A stretch of DNA of 64,000 bases from an uncultured Pelagibacteraceae bacterium (GCA_902595465.1 CACJQE010000004.1:20350-84349); one strand, 5' to 3'; counted from the first letter of the stretch, positions 1 through 13,132 are shown. Translations and numbers: made by a program. Notes: generated from the sequence alone by a model not told the origin.

Positions 1-2
1 AA

Positions 3-560
<558 letters not shown>

Positions 561-561
561 T

Positions 562-3500
562 ATGAGTAAAGAATTAACAGATTTATTCAAATCTTCAGAA
601 ATTTCAGAAGCGCAAAATTTTAATAGCATAAAAATAACTCTTGCAAGTCCAGAGAAAATTAAGTCTTGGACTTACGGAGAAATTAAAAAACCAGAAACAA
701 TTAATTATAGAACATTTCGACCAGAAAAAGATGGACTATTTTGTGCACGAATATTTGGTCCTATAAAAGATTATGAATGCTTATGTGGTAAGTATAAAAG
801 AATGAAATTCAGAGGAATTATATGTGAAAAATGTGGTGTTGAAGTAACTAAATCAAACGTAAGGCGTGAAAGGATGGGCCACATAAATTTAGCAACACCG
901 GTCGCCCACATATGGTTTCTAAAATCGTTACCTAGCAGAATATCTCTTGCAATAGACATGAAGTTAAAAGAGGTAGAAAGAGTACTTTACTTTGAAAATT
1001 TCATAGTCATCGAACCAGGATTAACAGGACTTAAAAAATACCAGCTTTTAGGTGAAGAAGAACTTATAAAATACCAAGATGAGTTTGGAGAAGAATCATT
1101 TACTGCAGGAATCGGTGCTGAAGCAATTTTAGAAATATTAAAATCCATAGATTTAGAGCAAGAAAAAGAGACATTAATTAAATCAATTAAAGAAACTAAA
1201 TCAAAAGTTTCAGAAGAAAGATCTATTAAAAGATTAAAATTAATTGAATCATTCATTGAGACTGGAAATAAGCCCGAATGGATGATTTTAACAACTATTC
1301 CAGTAATTCCACCAGAGCTTAGACCATTAGTTCCTTTAGATGGAGGTAGATTTGCTACATCAGATTTAAATGATTTATACAGAAGGGTTATAAATAGAAA
1401 TAACCGTTTAAAAAGATTAATGGATCTAAAAGCTCCCGATATAATTGTTAGAAATGAAAAGAGAATGCTTCAAGAATCTGTTGACGCATTGTTTGATAAT
1501 GGAAGAAGAGGGAGAGTAATCACGGGGACAGGCAAAAGACCTCTTAAATCCTTAGCAGAAATGTTAAAAGGTAAGCAAGGAAGATTTAGACAAAATTTAT
1601 TGGGTAAGAGAGTTGATTACTCTGGAAGATCAGTGATCGTAGTTGGACCAGACTTAAAATTACACGAATGTGGCTTGCCTAAGAAAATGGCTTTAGAATT
1701 GTTCAAACCATTTCTATATGCAAGATTAAATAAACTTGGGCTTGCTTCTACAATAAAACAAGCAAAAAAACTTGTCGAAAGAGAAAGAAACGAAGTTTGG
1801 GATGCTTTAGAATTAATTGTTAGAGAACACCCCGTTATATTAAACAGAGCTCCAACTTTACATAGATTAGGTGTTCAAGCTTTTGAACCTAAATTAATTG
1901 AAGGTAATGCAATAGAATTACATCCACTAACTTGTGCTGCATTTAATGCAGATTTTGATGGTGATCAGATGGCAGTTCACGTACCATTAAGTTTAGAGGC
2001 ACAATTAGAAGCGAGAGTTTTAATGATGTCTACAAACAATATTTTAAGCCCTTCAAATGGAAAACCTATAATTGTTCCAAGTCAGGATATGATTTTAGGA
2101 ATTTACTATCTTTCTCAACCACCTTATCAAACAGATAGAGTTGAGGGATATTTTGTAAATACTTCTGAGATTGAGCATGCTTTAGAAATTGGTCAAATTA
2201 AAGTTCATTCAAGAATTGTCTCTAGATTTGCAACTGTTGATGAAAAAGGCAATACTAAATATGAAAAACATATTAGCACAGCTGGAAGATTTTTATTAGC
2301 GAACTTAATTCCAAAAAATATAAATAATAAATTTGCTCTGGTTGACAGATTACTACCAAAAAAAATTGTTTCTGAGGTCATTGATCATGTATTCAGATTT
2401 TCTGGTCAAAAAAGCACAGTAATATTTTGTGATAAATTAAAAGATCTTGGATTTAAACATGCTTTCAAAGCCGGAATATCATTTGGTAAAGACGATTTAG
2501 TAATCCCAGATAACAAACAGCAATTAATTGATGAAACTAAAAAACTAATTTCAGATTATGAAAATCAATATGCAGAGGGGTTAATAACAAGAGGTGAAAA
2601 ATATAATAAAGTTATAGATGCATGGTCAAAATGTACTGATAAAGTTGCATCGGAAATGATGAAAAGAATTTCTGCCACAGAAATGACTGAAGATGGACTA
2701 AAAATTAATTCAGTATTTATGATGGCAGACAGTGGAGCAAGAGGTTCTGCTGCTCAAATGAAGCAATTAGCTGGTATGAGAGGATTAATTGCCAAACCAT
2801 CTGGAGAAATTATAGAATCTCCAATTACATCAAATTTTAAAGAAGGGTTAACTGCTTTAGAATATTTTAATTCTACTCACGGTGCAAGAAAAGGACTTGC
2901 TGATACAGCATTAAAGACAGCAAGCTCAGGATATTTAACTAGAAGACTTTGCGATGTTGCCCAAGATTTAACCATAACTTCTTCAAAGTGTATTGCTAAA
3001 TGTGGTTCAATAAAACTAACGGAAGTACTAGAAGGTGGAAATATTATGGTTAGTTTATCCGAAAGAGCTCTTGGAAGAGTAGCAGCAAAAGATGTAAAAA
3101 ATCCATTAACTGGAGATGTTTTAATCAAAAAAGATCAAATGATTGATGAAGCAGGATGTGAAAAAATAGATTCTGCTGGTGTGAAGAGCCTTAATGTTTA
3201 TTCAGTAATGACATGTGGTATGAAGGAAGGTGTTTGTGCTACTTCATATGGAAGAGATCTTTCTAGAGGAAAAATGGTTCATGTTGGTGAAGCGATTGGA
3301 ATGATATCAGCTCAATCAATAGGAGAACCAGGTACTCAGCTTACAATGAGAACATTCCACGTTGGAGGAACAGCATCAGTTAAACAAGACTCTCAAATAG
3401 TGTCAAATAATGATGGTATTTTGAAAATTGTTAATACGAACTTGTTAGTAGACTCAAAAAAGAATTTAATTGTTATGGGAAGAAATACTGAGCTTTCAAT

Positions 3501-4728
3501 TGAAGATGATAATGGATTACAAGTAGCATCATACAAGGTGCCATATGGATCGAAACTTTTCTTTGAAAATGGAGATAAAGTTAAAAAAGGATCAAAAATA
3601 TGCGAGTGGGATCCATATACAACTCCAGTTATTGCTGAAAAAGATGGAATAGCAAATTATGTAGATTTAATAGATGGTGTATCAATTGCAGAAACGACAG
3701 ATGATGCAACTGGAATTTCTACAAAAGCTGTTGTTGATTGGAAAACACAATCTAAAAATACAGATTTAAAACCAAGAATTACTCTAAGAGATGCAAAAGG
3801 CAATGTTATAAAAAAAGCTGACGATAATGAAGCAAGATACTACTTAGTACCAGATTCAATTTTATCTGTTAAAGATGGACAAAAAATTTCGGCTGGAGAT
3901 GTAATAGCTAGACTACCCAAAGAGACAACGAAGACCAAAGATATTACAGGAGGCTTACCAAGAGTTGCCGAACTATTTGAAGCGAGAAAAGCAAAAGATA
4001 GTGCAATCATTGCAGAGAATGATGGTAAAGTAATATTTGGTAAAGAGGTAAGAGGCAAACAAAGGGTAACAATAGAATCCGAAAATGGTGATACTTCAAG
4101 CTATTTAATTCCAAAAGGAAAACACATTAATTTTAACCAAGGTGAAAAAATTAAAAAAGGTGAGTACTTATTAGATGGTCAACCATTACCACATGATATT
4201 CTAAGAATATTAGGTATAGAAGAATTGACTGAATATTTTGTAAACCAGGTACAAGATGTTTATAGGTTACAAGGTGTAATAATAAATGATAAGCACATTG
4301 AAGTTATTTTAAGACAAATGTTGAAAAAAATTGAAGTAAAAGTTCAAGGAGATAGTTCATATTTACCTGGTGAAATTGTCGATAGAATTAAATTTGAAAA
4401 CACTAATGAACAACTTGTTAAAGATGGTAAAAACCCTGCCGTTGGAGAGAGAGTTTTAATGGGAATAACTAAAGCTTCACTTCAAACAGAGTCATTTATT
4501 TCAGCTGCTTCTTTCCAAGAAACAACAAGAGTTTTAACAGACGCTGCTATCAAAGGTAAGGTAGATAAGTTATCTGGATTAAAGGAAAATGTTATTGTTG
4601 GTAGATTAGTTCCTGCTGGTACTGGATCTGTTAAAAATTTGTGGAGCAAGAAAGCTCGTTTAGACGATGAAAAATTCATTGCTGAAAACGAGAAGATTGA
4701 ACAAGCAGAAACCCCCGTAAATCAATAA
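562..4728 (+). CDS. rpoC: RNA polymerase beta' subunit
   Basis: NADFDGDQM catalytic motif, N-terminal CxC...CxxC Zn site, 1388 aa. Confidence 0.99.
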   Translation: MSKELTDLFKSSEISEAQNFNSIKITLASPEKIKSWTYGEIKKPETINYRTFRPEKDGLFCARIFGPIKDYECLCGKYKRMKFRGIICEKCGVEVTKSNVRRERMGHINLATPVAHIWFLKSLPSRISLAIDMKLKEVERVLYFENFIVIEPGLTGLKKYQLLGEEELIKYQDEFGEESFTAGIGAEAILEILKSIDLEQEKETLIKSIKETKSKVSEERSIKRLKLIESFIETGNKPEWMILTTIPVIPPELRPLVPLDGGRFATSDLNDLYRRVINRNNRLKRLMDLKAPDIIVRNEKRMLQESVDALFDNGRRGRVITGTGKRPLKSLAEMLKGKQGRFRQNLLGKRVDYSGRSVIVVGPDLKLHECGLPKKMALELFKPFLYARLNKLGLASTIKQAKKLVERERNEVWDALELIVREHPVILNRAPTLHRLGVQAFEPKLIEGNAIELHPLTCAAFNADFDGDQMAVHVPLSLEAQLEARVLMMSTNNILSPSNGKPIIVPSQDMILGIYYLSQPPYQTDRVEGYFVNTSEIEHALEIGQIKVHSRIVSRFATVDEKGNTKYEKHISTAGRFLLANLIPKNINNKFALVDRLLPKKIVSEVIDHVFRFSGQKSTVIFCDKLKDLGFKHAFKAGISFGKDDLVIPDNKQQLIDETKKLISDYENQYAEGLITRGEKYNKVIDAWSKCTDKVASEMMKRISATEMTEDGLKINSVFMMADSGARGSAAQMKQLAGMRGLIAKPSGEIIESPITSNFKEGLTALEYFNSTHGARKGLADTALKTASSGYLTRRLCDVAQDLTITSSKCIAKCGSIKLTEVLEGGNIMVSLSERALGRVAAKDVKNPLTGDVLIKKDQMIDEAGCEKIDSAGVKSLNVYSVMTCGMKEGVCATSYGRDLSRGKMVHVGEAIGMISAQSIGEPGTQLTMRTFHVGGTASVKQDSQIVSNNDGILKIVNTNLLVDSKKNLIVMGRNTELSIEDDNGLQVASYKVPYGSKLFFENGDKVKKGSKICEWDPYTTPVIAEKDGIANYVDLIDGVSIAETTDDATGISTKAVVDWKTQSKNTDLKPRITLRDAKGNVIKKADDNEARYYLVPDSILSVKDGQKISAGDVIARLPKETTKTKDITGGLPRVAELFEARKAKDSAIIAENDGKVIFGKEVRGKQRVTIESENGDTSSYLIPKGKHINFNQGEKIKKGEYLLDGQPLPHDILRILGIEELTEYFVNQVQDVYRLQGVIINDKHIEVILRQMLKKIEVKVQGDSSYLPGEIVDRIKFENTNEQLVKDGKNPAVGERVLMGITKASLQTESFISAASFQETTRVLTDAAIKGKVDKLSGLKENVIVGRLVPAGTGSVKNLWSKKARLDDEKFIAENEKIEQAETPVNQ

Positions 4729-4757
4729 AAAATTATCATTTTTCCATGTCTTTTAAT

Positions 4758-4785
4758 TTGACAAATGGAATTTCTATAGTAGTTT
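4758..4785 (+). promoter_or_regulatory. Putative sigma70 promoter for the rpsL superoperon
   Basis: TTGACA (4758-4763), 16 nt, TAGTTT (4780-4785). Confidence 0.6.
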
Positions 4786-4860
4786 GTGCGTGTTTTTGGT
4801 TGGAATGTAGTGACTAGTGCACTAAACGCTGCCACAAATAACCTGACAGTTATTTCCTCT
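4786..4860 (+). promoter_or_regulatory. Structured rpsL 5' leader (candidate r-protein autoregulatory RNA)
   Basis: Locally GC-richer UTR with stems TAGTG/CACTA (4808-4812/4820-4824) and AAATAAC/GTTATTT (4836-4842/4849-4855); rpsL leader motifs are described in alphaproteobacteria. Confidence 0.6.
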
Positions 4861-4885
4861 AAAATCAAACTTATAAAAAAATTTT

Positions 4886-5257
4886 ATGCCAACAATTAAC
4901 CAGTTGTTAAGAAAAGGAAGAGAAAAACAAATTTCTAGGAATAAAGTTCCAGCATTAGAAAAACAACCTTTGAAAAGAGGTGTTTGTGTAAAAGTTTATA
5001 CAACTACTCCAAAGAAACCTAATTCGGCTCTAAGAAAGGTTGCAAGAGTTAGACTGTCAAATGGTTTTGAAGTCACAGCTTATATACCTGGTGAAGGACA
5101 CAATTTACAAGAGCACTCTGTAGTATTAATAAGAGGTGGTCGTGTTAAAGATTTGCCTGGAGTTAGATATCATATACTACGTGGCAATTTAGATACCCAA
5201 GGAGTTGCAAATAGAAAACAAAGACGTTCTTTATATGGAACTAAAAAAGGTAAATAA
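4886..5257 (+). CDS. rpsL: 30S ribosomal protein S12
   Basis: [20 protein letters not shown] motifs. Confidence 0.99.
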   Translation: MPTINQLLRKGREKQISRNKVPALEKQPLKRGVCVKVYTTTPKKPNSALRKVARVRLSNGFEVTAYIPGEGHNLQEHSVVLIRGGRVKDLPGVRYHILRGNLDTQGVANRKQRRSLYGTKKGK

Positions 5258-5260
5258 AAA

Positions 5261-5731
5261 ATGTCTCGAAAAAGAAAAGCTCCTAAAAAAATTCCAATTG
5301 TAGATCCTAAATATAAATCAGTAATAGTTCCAAAATTAATTAATTCTATAATGTTAGATGGTAAAAAAACAATTGCAGAAAAAATTGTATATGATGCAAT
5401 TGATAAAATTAAAACTAAATCTAAAGATGAACCATTAACAGTATTTAATGATGCGATAAATAACGTAAGACCAACAGTTGAAGTTAGATCAAGACGTGTT
5501 GGAGGTGCTACATATCAAGTTCCTGTAGAGGTGAAGGCTAAAAGATCACAAGCACTAGCACTAAGATGGATCATAGATGCATCAAGAAAAAGAAAAGACA
5601 AAAAAATGTCAGATAAATTATTTAACGAAATTTTTGATGCATATCAAAATAGAGGTTCGGCAATTAAAAAAAAGGAAGATACACATAAAATGGCAGAGTC
5701 AAATAAAGCTTTTGCACATTTCAGATGGTAA
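5261..5731 (+). CDS. rpsG: 30S ribosomal protein S7
   Basis: [24 protein letters not shown]. Confidence 0.99.
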   Translation: MSRKRKAPKKIPIVDPKYKSVIVPKLINSIMLDGKKTIAEKIVYDAIDKIKTKSKDEPLTVFNDAINNVRPTVEVRSRRVGGATYQVPVEVKAKRSQALALRWIIDASRKRKDKKMSDKLFNEIFDAYQNRGSAIKKKEDTHKMAESNKAFAHFRW

Positions 5732-5736
5732 TTAAT

Positions 5737-7812
5737 ATGTCAAAAACTCACACTCTAAATAAATACAGAAACATTGGTATCATGGCTCATATCGATGCTG
5801 GTAAAACTACAACTACAGAAAGAATTTTATACTACACAGGCAAAAGTCATAAAATTGGAGAAGTACATGATGGTGCGGCAACGATGGATTGGATGGAACA
5901 AGAGCAGGAAAGAGGTATTACTATCACCTCAGCTGCAACTACTTGTTTTTGGCGAGAACATAGAATTAATATTATTGATACCCCAGGCCATGTTGATTTT
6001 ACAATTGAAGTCGAAAGATCTCTAAAAGTTTTGGATGGTGCTGTTGCAGTATTTGATGGTGTTGCTGGTGTCGAACCACAATCTGAAACAGTTTGGAGAC
6101 AAGCTGATAAGTATAAAGTCCCAAGAATCTGTTTTGTTAATAAACTTGATAGAACTGGTGCAGATTTTTTTAGATGTGTAGATATGATTAAAGATAGGCT
6201 TGGTGCCAAACCTTTAGTTATGCAGATTCCAATTGGAATAGAAGCATCATTACAAGGTGTTGTTGATTTAGTTAAAATGAAAGCAATTGTCTGGAAAAAT
6301 GAAGACCTTGGCGCTGAATGGGAAGAAAAAGATATACCTGATGATCTTAAAGAAATTTGTGACAAATATAGACAAGAATTGGTTGAGACAGCCGTTGAGC
6401 AAGACGAAAAATTAATGGAAGCTTATTTAGGTGGTGAAGAAATTAAACAAGAAGATTTGATTAAATGTGTAAGAAAAGGATGTTTAAATTTTGAGTTTGT
6501 GCCAGTTTTAACAGGATCAGCATTTAAAAATAAAGGAGTCCAACCATTACTAGATGCAGTTGTAGATTATTTGCCAAGCCCTGAAGATCTCGGATCAATT
6601 ATGGGTACAAAACCAGGATCTGATGAAGAAATTGAGATGAAGTTTGAGGATAGCGCTCCATTTTCTGCCTTAGCCTTTAAAGTAGCAACGGACCCATTTG
6701 TAGGAAGTCTTACATTTATTAGAATTTATTCAGGTACAGTTAAATCAGGAACTGGAGTTTATAATACATCATCAGATAAAGAGGAAAGAGTTGGAAGGAT
6801 GCTTCTAATGCATGCGAATTCTAGAGAAGATATTAAAGAAGCAAGTGCAGGTGATATAGTCGCTCTCGCTGGATTAAAAAACACAATAACAGGTCATACA
6901 TTGGCAAATAAAGATGCACCAGTATTGCTTGAACCAATGGAATTTCCGGATCCTGTTATAGAAATAGCTGTTGAGCCAAAATCAAAAGCTGATCAAGAAA
7001 AAATGGGTGAAGCACTAGGAAGATTGGCTAAAGAAGACCCTTCATTTAGAGTTTCATCTGACGAAGAGTCAGGTCAAACAATAATCAAAGGAATGGGAGA
7101 ATTACATTTGGATATTATTGTTGATAGAATGAAAAGAGAATTCAAAGTTGAGGCAAATGTAGGAGCACCTCAAGTTGCATATAGAGAAACAATCTTAAAT
7201 GCTGCTGAATTTGATTACACACATAAAAAGCAGAGTGGTGGAGCTGGACAATTTGCAAGAGTTAAATTATCTGTTGAACCATTAGAGCCTGGCAAAGGTA
7301 GAGAAATTGAAAGTAAAATCAAAGGTGGGGCAATTCCAAAAGAATTTATACCAGGTGTTGAAAAAGGTGTAGAGACTATAGCTGATGGTGGAATTTTAGC
7401 TGGATTTCCCTTGATTGATTATAAAGTTACAATATTAGATGGATTACATCATGATGTTGACTCAAGTGTATTAGCTTTTGAACTTGCCTCAAGACAATGT
7501 TTTAAAGAAGCTTGTGCTCGAGGAACTTTAAAGCTTTTAGAACCAGTCATGAGAGTAGAAGTTGTCACTCCTGAAGATTACATGGGAGATGTAATAGGTG
7601 ATTTAAATAGTAGGAGAGGTCAAATAAGTACGCAGGAGCAAAGAGGTAACGCAACAGTAATAACTGCTATGGTGCCATTAGCAAATATGTTTGGGTATAT
7701 TAACAGCTTAAGATCAATGTCACAAGGTAGAGCTCAATACTCAATGTTTTTTGATCATTACGACAAAGTTCCACAAAATGTTCAAGATGAGGTTACTAAG
7801 AAAACAGGTTAG
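5737..7812 (+). CDS. fusA: Elongation factor G
   Basis: [21 protein letters not shown]; start placed at ATG 5737 after the rpsG stop. Confidence 0.99.
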   Translation: MSKTHTLNKYRNIGIMAHIDAGKTTTTERILYYTGKSHKIGEVHDGAATMDWMEQEQERGITITSAATTCFWREHRINIIDTPGHVDFTIEVERSLKVLDGAVAVFDGVAGVEPQSETVWRQADKYKVPRICFVNKLDRTGADFFRCVDMIKDRLGAKPLVMQIPIGIEASLQGVVDLVKMKAIVWKNEDLGAEWEEKDIPDDLKEICDKYRQELVETAVEQDEKLMEAYLGGEEIKQEDLIKCVRKGCLNFEFVPVLTGSAFKNKGVQPLLDAVVDYLPSPEDLGSIMGTKPGSDEEIEMKFEDSAPFSALAFKVATDPFVGSLTFIRIYSGTVKSGTGVYNTSSDKEERVGRMLLMHANSREDIKEASAGDIVALAGLKNTITGHTLANKDAPVLLEPMEFPDPVIEIAVEPKSKADQEKMGEALGRLAKEDPSFRVSSDEESGQTIIKGMGELHLDIIVDRMKREFKVEANVGAPQVAYRETILNAAEFDYTHKKQSGGAGQFARVKLSVEPLEPGKGREIESKIKGGAIPKEFIPGVEKGVETIADGGILAGFPLIDYKVTILDGLHHDVDSSVLAFELASRQCFKEACARGTLKLLEPVMRVEVVTPEDYMGDVIGDLNSRRGQISTQEQRGNATVITAMVPLANMFGYINSLRSMSQGRAQYSMFFDHYDKVPQNVQDEVTKKTG

Positions 7813-7814
7813 TT

Positions 7815-8123
7815 ATGGATAAACAAAATATTAGAATAAAATTAAGAGCATACGATAATAAAGTTTTGGATCAGTCGACTGAAGAAATTGTAAATACTGT
7901 CAAAAGGACAGGCGCCAATATTAAAGGTCCGATACCCCTCCCAACAAAAATAGAGAGATACACCGTTTTAAGATCACCACATATTGATAAAAAAAGTAGA
8001 GAACAATTTGAAACAAGAACTCATAAAAGATTAATTGATATTATTGAACCAACGCCTGCAACTGTTGAAGCACTGATGAAACTTGATTTAGCATCAGGAG
8101 TAGATGTGGAGATTAAAATATAA
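7815..8123 (+). CDS. rpsJ: 30S ribosomal protein S10
   Basis: [21 protein letters not shown]. Confidence 0.99.
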   Translation: MDKQNIRIKLRAYDNKVLDQSTEEIVNTVKRTGANIKGPIPLPTKIERYTVLRSPHIDKKSREQFETRTHKRLIDIIEPTPATVEALMKLDLASGVDVEIKI

Positions 8124-8836
8124 TGGATAATTTAGCTTTAATTGGAAAAAAAATAGGAATGTCTAGAGAGTTTTTTAAAACTGGACAATCAGTTCCAGTT
8201 ACTGTTTTAAAAATGGAGACAGGAAGAGTAATAAACGTTATTAACAAAGATAACAGAGGATATAGTGCAGTTCAAATAGGATTTGGGAAAATTAAAAACT
8301 CAAAATTAAACAAAGCTATGAAAGGATATTTCGCCAAAAAAAATACTGAGCCAAAAAAAACACTTAAAGAGTTTAGGTTAGAAAGTACTGAAAATTTCAA
8401 AGAGGGAAATGAAATTGGATTAGAGATATTTGAAAATGTAAAATTTGTTGATGTTAAATCCAAGACAATTGGTAAAGGATTTGCAGGTGTGATGAAAAGG
8501 CATAATTTTGGTGGATTAAGGGCTACTCACGGTGTTTCAATTTCACATAGATCACATGGTTCAACTGGACAAAGGCAAGATCCAGGTAAAGTTTTTAAAG
8601 GAAAAAAAATGGCTGGTCATATGGGAGATAAAATTAGAACTATACAAAATATTGAAGTTATAAAAACTGACAAAGAGAACAATTTGCTATATTTAAAAGG
8701 ATCTATTCCAGGATCAAAAAATGCAGAGGTTTTAATTAGAAAATCAGTCAAAGATATTAACCGAATGTCAATTGAAGAAAAAAATGAGCAAATTGAAAAG
8801 CAAAAGAAATCAGTAGATAAAAAGAAAAATAAATGA
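8123..8836 (+). CDS. rplC: 50S ribosomal protein L3
   Basis: GKGFAGVMKRHNF, KGKKMAGHMG. Confidence 0.98.
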   Translation: MDNLALIGKKIGMSREFFKTGQSVPVTVLKMETGRVINVINKDNRGYSAVQIGFGKIKNSKLNKAMKGYFAKKNTEPKKTLKEFRLESTENFKEGNEIGLEIFENVKFVDVKSKTIGKGFAGVMKRHNFGGLRATHGVSISHRSHGSTGQRQDPGKVFKGKKMAGHMGDKIRTIQNIEVIKTDKENNLLYLKGSIPGSKNAEVLIRKSVKDINRMSIEEKNEQIEKQKKSVDKKKNK

Positions 8837-9456
8837 AAATAGATAAATTAAGTATTGATGGAAAAAAACAAAGCATAGAGGTGCTAGATAAGATTTTTAG
8901 TACTAATATTAATAACCAGTTGGTGAGTGGTGTTATCTATAAATTAAACGCAAACTTTAAGAGTAGAAAAGCAAAAACAAAGCAAAGAAATGAAATAACT
9001 GGCTCTACTTCTAAAATTTACTCACAAAAAGGCACTGGTAATGCACGACACTCTAGTAAAAAGGCTCCTATATTTGTAGGTGGAGGAATAGCTCATGGAC
9101 CCAAAGGTCAGGATAATTATAAAACTAGAAAGTTGAATAAAAGCGAAAAAAAAATCAGTATAGCTTCACTTATTACTGAAAAAAATAAATCGAATAACGT
9201 AATTATTTTTGATGATTTTGGAAAAAGAATTGAAAAAACAAAAGAAATGTTTGAACTTTTAAAGAAGTTTGATGCAAATAACTCATTATTAATATTTGAT
9301 ACAAAATCAAAAGATAATATCTTAAGATCAATCAAAAATATTCCTAATGTCAAATTGACAGATGCAAACCATTTCAGTGCATATGATTTAGTTAAATATA
9401 AAAAAATTATATTTACTGAAAGCTCAGTTAAAGAATTGGAAAAAAGGTATCAATAA
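8833..9456 (+). CDS. rplD: 50S ribosomal protein L4
   Basis: QKGTGNARH, GGGIAHGPK. Confidence 0.98.
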   Translation: MKIDKLSIDGKKQSIEVLDKIFSTNINNQLVSGVIYKLNANFKSRKAKTKQRNEITGSTSKIYSQKGTGNARHSSKKAPIFVGGGIAHGPKGQDNYKTRKLNKSEKKISIASLITEKNKSNNVIIFDDFGKRIEKTKEMFELLKKFDANNSLLIFDTKSKDNILRSIKNIPNVKLTDANHFSAYDLVKYKKIIFTESSVKELEKRYQ

Positions 9457-9749
9457 TGGATAAATTAAGCTTATACGATAAAATCCTGTTTCCCGTTGTA
9501 ACTGAAAAATCAACAAATTTATCTGAACAAAATAAAATTGTTTTTAAGGTGCCTCAAAGCGCTAATAAAAAAACTTTAAAAGGATCAATTGAAAAAATTT
9601 TTAAAGTCAACGTTACAAAAATTAACATTATTAATAAAAAAACACTAATTAAATCTACTAGAGGAAAAAAAGTTAAAAAAAAGGGTTTTAAAAAAGCAAT
9701 TATTACTCTTAAAAAAGGTCAAAATATTGACTTAACAACAGGTATTTAA
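9456..9749 (+). CDS. rplW: 50S ribosomal protein L23
   Basis: PVVTEKS, KKAIITL; position in S10 operon. Confidence 0.97.
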   Translation: MDKLSLYDKILFPVVTEKSTNLSEQNKIVFKVPQSANKKTLKGSIEKIFKVNVTKINIINKKTLIKSTRGKKVKKKGFKKAIITLKKGQNIDLTTGI

Positions 9750-9752
9750 GCT

Positions 9753-10586
9753 ATGGCTTTAAAAACATTTAAACCTTACACAAAATCTACTAGAGGCACT
9801 ATACTGACTAGTAGAGAGGGTCTTTGGAAAGGCAAACCTTATAAACCATTAACAAGTGCGAATTATTCATCAAAAGGAAGAAATAATTATGGTCGAATAA
9901 CTTCACGAAATCACGGTGGTGGACATAAACATAAATATAGAAAAATTGATTTTTATAGAAAAAAGAACGATATGAAGGCAATTGTAGAAAGAATCGAGTA
10001 TGACCCAAACAGGTCATGTCATATAATGTTGGTTAAATTTGAGGATAATCAAAAATTCTATTATCTTGCTCCGCAAAAAATAAAAGTTGGTGATCACGTT
10101 CAAAACGGTCCGTCTTCAGAAATTAAAACAGGAAATTGTTTACCATTAAAGGATATTCCGGTAGGTATTGATATACACAATGTTGAAATACAGCCAGGTG
10201 CTGGTGGAAAAATAGCAAGAGCAGCCGGTTCTTCTGTAACGATATCTGGTATTGACGGAAATTACTCAATTATAAAAATGACTTCAGGTGAAGTTAGAAA
10301 AATAGATTCAAGAGCGTTGGCTACAATTGGAGTATTATCTAATCCAGATCAAAAAAATATTAAAATCGGTAAAGCTGGTCGATCAAGATGGTTGGGAAGA
10401 AGACCACATACAAGAGGAGTTGTCAAAAATCCAGTGGATCACCCTCATGGTGGTGGTGAAGGAAAATCTGCAGGTGGTAGACACCCTGTTTCTCCTACTG
10501 GACAATCAGCTAAAGGATTAAAAACAAGAGACAATAAAAGAACTGATAAATTTATAATAAGACGAAGAAAGAAGAAGAGAGCATAA
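9753..10586 (+). CDS. rplB: 50S ribosomal protein L2
   Basis: IEYDPNRS, NPVDHPHGGGEG. Confidence 0.99.
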   Translation: MALKTFKPYTKSTRGTILTSREGLWKGKPYKPLTSANYSSKGRNNYGRITSRNHGGGHKHKYRKIDFYRKKNDMKAIVERIEYDPNRSCHIMLVKFEDNQKFYYLAPQKIKVGDHVQNGPSSEIKTGNCLPLKDIPVGIDIHNVEIQPGAGGKIARAAGSSVTISGIDGNYSIIKMTSGEVRKIDSRALATIGVLSNPDQKNIKIGKAGRSRWLGRRPHTRGVVKNPVDHPHGGGEGKSAGGRHPVSPTGQSAKGLKTRDNKRTDKFIIRRRKKKRA

Positions 10587-10589
10587 ATT

Positions 10590-10898
10590 ATGGCAAGATC
10601 TGTTTGGAAAGGACCGTTTGTTGAAGAAAGTTTAATTAAAAAAGTTGAAAAAATTAAAAACGATCCTAATAGAAAACCAATTAAAACTTGGTCTAGAAAG
10701 TCTACAATAATACCTGACTTTGTAGGATTTAGTTTTTTAATTTATAACGGTAAAAAATTTATACCAATAACTGTATCTGAAGACATGGTAGGACACAAAT
10801 TTGGAGAATTTGCTCCAACAAGACAGTTTTTTGGACATACACCAGCTGATAAAAAAGCAAAGGTTGAGGGTGGAGCAAAAGGAGCTGATAAGAAATAA
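10590..10898 (+). CDS. rpsS: 30S ribosomal protein S19
   Basis: [21 protein letters not shown]. Confidence 0.99.
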   Translation: MARSVWKGPFVEESLIKKVEKIKNDPNRKPIKTWSRKSTIIPDFVGFSFLIYNGKKFIPITVSEDMVGHKFGEFAPTRQFFGHTPADKKAKVEGGAKGADKK

Positions 10899-10900
10899 AT

Positions 10901-11296
10901 ATGAGTAAAAATAAAGATATAGATTTAAAACAAGTTAGATCAATAAATAAGAATGTAAGATCTAGTGTAAGAAAATTAAAACCTATACTTAAATCAATAG
11001 TTGGTAAAAAAGTAGAAATTGCGATTAGAGATTTATCTTTCTCAGAAAAAAGAATTTCTAAAGATGTTAAAAAAACAATTTCATCAGCAGTTGCTAATGC
11101 AGAAAATAATTTTCAATACGATATTGACAATTTATTTGTTAAAGAAGCTTTCTGTGGAAAACAGGTAATAATGAAAAGATTTAGAGCTAGAGCCAAAGGT
11201 AGAGCTGCAGAAATTATGAAACCATACTCAAACGTAACAATCGTTTTGAGTGAACAAATGAAACAAAAAGAGAAGGAACATGGGACAAAAGGTTAA
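10901..11296 (+). CDS. rplV: 50S ribosomal protein L22
   Basis: [20 protein letters not shown]. Confidence 0.98.
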   Translation: MSKNKDIDLKQVRSINKNVRSSVRKLKPILKSIVGKKVEIAIRDLSFSEKRISKDVKKTISSAVANAENNFQYDIDNLFVKEAFCGKQVIMKRFRARAKGRAAEIMKPYSNVTIVLSEQMKQKEKEHGTKG

Positions 11297-11939
11297 TCCA
11301 GTAGGTTTAAGATTAGGTATTAATAGAGGATGGGATTCTGTCTGGTATGCAAAAAAACAAGATTTTGGAAATTATTTAATTGAAGATTTTAAGATCAGAG
11401 AATTCATTAAAAAAAATGTTATCAATTCTGGTGTTTCGAAAGTAATGATAGAGAGATCGGCAAAAAAATGTTTCGTAACAATTTATACTTCTAGACCTGG
11501 ATTTGTAATTGGAAAAAAGGGAAGTGACATAGAAAAAATTAAAGGGAAATTATCAAGATTGAGTGCAAATGAAATAGTGCTAAATATTAAGGAAGTTAAA
11601 AAACCTGAGACAAATTCATTTTTGGTTGCTGAGAACATCGCCCAACAACTAGTTAAACGTGTTTCGTACAGGAGAGCAATGAAGAGAGCAATGCAATCTG
11701 CATTAAGATTAGGAGCTAAAGGAATTAAAGTCTCTTGTAGTGGAAGACTTGGTGGAAACGAAATTGCAAGAACAGAATGGCTAAGAGATGGAAGTATTCC
11801 ATCCCATACTTTAAGAGCAGATATTGATTACGCTGAAGCAGAAGCTTTAACTACCTATGGAATAATTGGAATAAAAGTTTGGATATATAAAGGAGAAATT
11901 TTCACAAAAGAATTTAGTCAAGAAAGGAATAAAACATAA
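11280..11939 (+). CDS. rpsC: 30S ribosomal protein S3
   Basis: [22 protein letters not shown]. Confidence 0.99.
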   Translation: MGQKVNPVGLRLGINRGWDSVWYAKKQDFGNYLIEDFKIREFIKKNVINSGVSKVMIERSAKKCFVTIYTSRPGFVIGKKGSDIEKIKGKLSRLSANEIVLNIKEVKKPETNSFLVAENIAQQLVKRVSYRRAMKRAMQSALRLGAKGIKVSCSGRLGGNEIARTEWLRDGSIPSHTLRADIDYAEAEALTTYGIIGIKVWIYKGEIFTKEFSQERNKT

Positions 11940-11941
11940 TA

Positions 11942-12349
11942 ATGTTACAACCAACTAGAACAAAGTTTAGAAAAGCACATAAAGGAAGAATTCATGGCAA
12001 TGCTTCCAGATGTAATGTTATGAATTATGGCTCTTTTGGATTGAAAGCAATTCAGCCAGAAAGAATTATATCCAGACAGATAGAGGCAGCTAGAGTAGCA
12101 TTAACAAGACACATGAAAAGACAAGGTAGAGTTTGGACAAGAATGTTTCCCAATATACCTGTTTCAAAAAAACCTACTGAGGTAAGAATGGGTAAAGGAA
12201 AGGGCTCACCTGAATTTTGGGCATGCAGAGTTAAACCAGGAAGAATTTTATTTGAGGTTGACGGAGTAACAGAAGAAATTGCTAGAGAGGCTTTATACAA
12301 AGCATCGGCAAAACTGCCAATTAAATGCAAATTTATTAAGAGAATTTAA
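11942..12349 (+). CDS. rplP: 50S ribosomal protein L16
   Basis: [17 protein letters not shown]. Confidence 0.99.
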   Translation: MLQPTRTKFRKAHKGRIHGNASRCNVMNYGSFGLKAIQPERIISRQIEAARVALTRHMKRQGRVWTRMFPNIPVSKKPTEVRMGKGKGSPEFWACRVKPGRILFEVDGVTEEIAREALYKASAKLPIKCKFIKRI

Positions 12350-12538
12350 ATGAAAAAAAGTGAGATAAAAAAAATGACCAAAGAACAAGCTCTGAAAGAT
12401 ATTGAAAAATTAAAAAAAGATCTTTTTAACTTTAGATTTCAAAAAATTAATGGTCAGATAAAAAGTCCATCAAAAATAAGTGAAACAAAGAAAAATATTG
12501 CGAGATTAAAAACATTAGTAGTGAGAAAAAATGCCTAA
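12350..12538 (+). CDS. rpmC: 50S ribosomal protein L29
   Basis: LFNFRFQK...KKNIARLKT; position. Confidence 0.96.
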   Translation: MKKSEIKKMTKEQALKDIEKLKKDLFNFRFQKINGQIKSPSKISETKKNIARLKTLVVRKNA

Positions 12539-12767
12539 AAAAGTATTAAATGGAATAGTTGTCAGCGATAAGCCAAATAAAACTATTACAGTTTTAGTTG
12601 AGCGAAAATACCAACATCCAGTATTAAAAAAAGTAATTAAAGCTAGAAAAAAATATAGCGTTCATGACGAAGAGAATAAATATAAAAATGGTGATAAAGT
12701 ATCGATACAAGAGAGCAAACCTTACTCAAAGTCGAAAAAATTTGAAGTGATAGGAGTTTATAAATGA
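12531..12767 (+). CDS. rpsQ: 30S ribosomal protein S17
   Basis: [26 protein letters not shown]. Confidence 0.98.
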   Translation: MPKKVLNGIVVSDKPNKTITVLVERKYQHPVLKKVIKARKKYSVHDEENKYKNGDKVSIQESKPYSKSKKFEVIGVYK

Positions 12768-13132
12768 TACAAGTACAGACAGAATTATTTGTTGCTGATA
12801 ATACTGGTGCAAAAAAAATTGAATGCATAAAAGTGTTAGGTGGATCTAAAAGAAGATATGCAAGTATTGGTGATACTATCGTTGTAGCAGTTAAAGAGGC
12901 AATTCCAAAAGGAAAGGTTAAAAAAGGTGCGGTTCATAAAGCTGTTGTTGTTAGAGTTAAAAAAGGAATTCATAGAAATGATGGATCCAAAGTAAGATTT
13001 GATAATAATGCAGCTGTTCTCACAGATGATAAAGGAGAGCCAATAGGTACTAGGATTTTTGGACCAGTTACTAGAGAATTAAGAAATAGAGGACAAATGA
13101 AAATAATTTCTTTGGCACCAGAGGTATTATAA
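12764..13132 (+). CDS. rplN: 50S ribosomal protein L14
   Basis: [23 protein letters not shown]. Confidence 0.99.
   Translation: MIQVQTELFVADNTGAKKIECIKVLGGSKRRYASIGDTIVVAVKEAIPKGKVKKGAVHKAVVVRVKKGIHRNDGSKVRFDNNAAVLTDDKGEPIGTRIFGPVTRELRNRGQMKIISLAPEVL

Noticed and set aside
771-6365. Antisense and alternate-frame ORFs within rpoC and fusA (e.g. 987-1256, 5847-6365, 5774-6025)
   Set aside because: Shadow ORFs of strongly conserved genes; no recognisable motifs; expected from codon bias.
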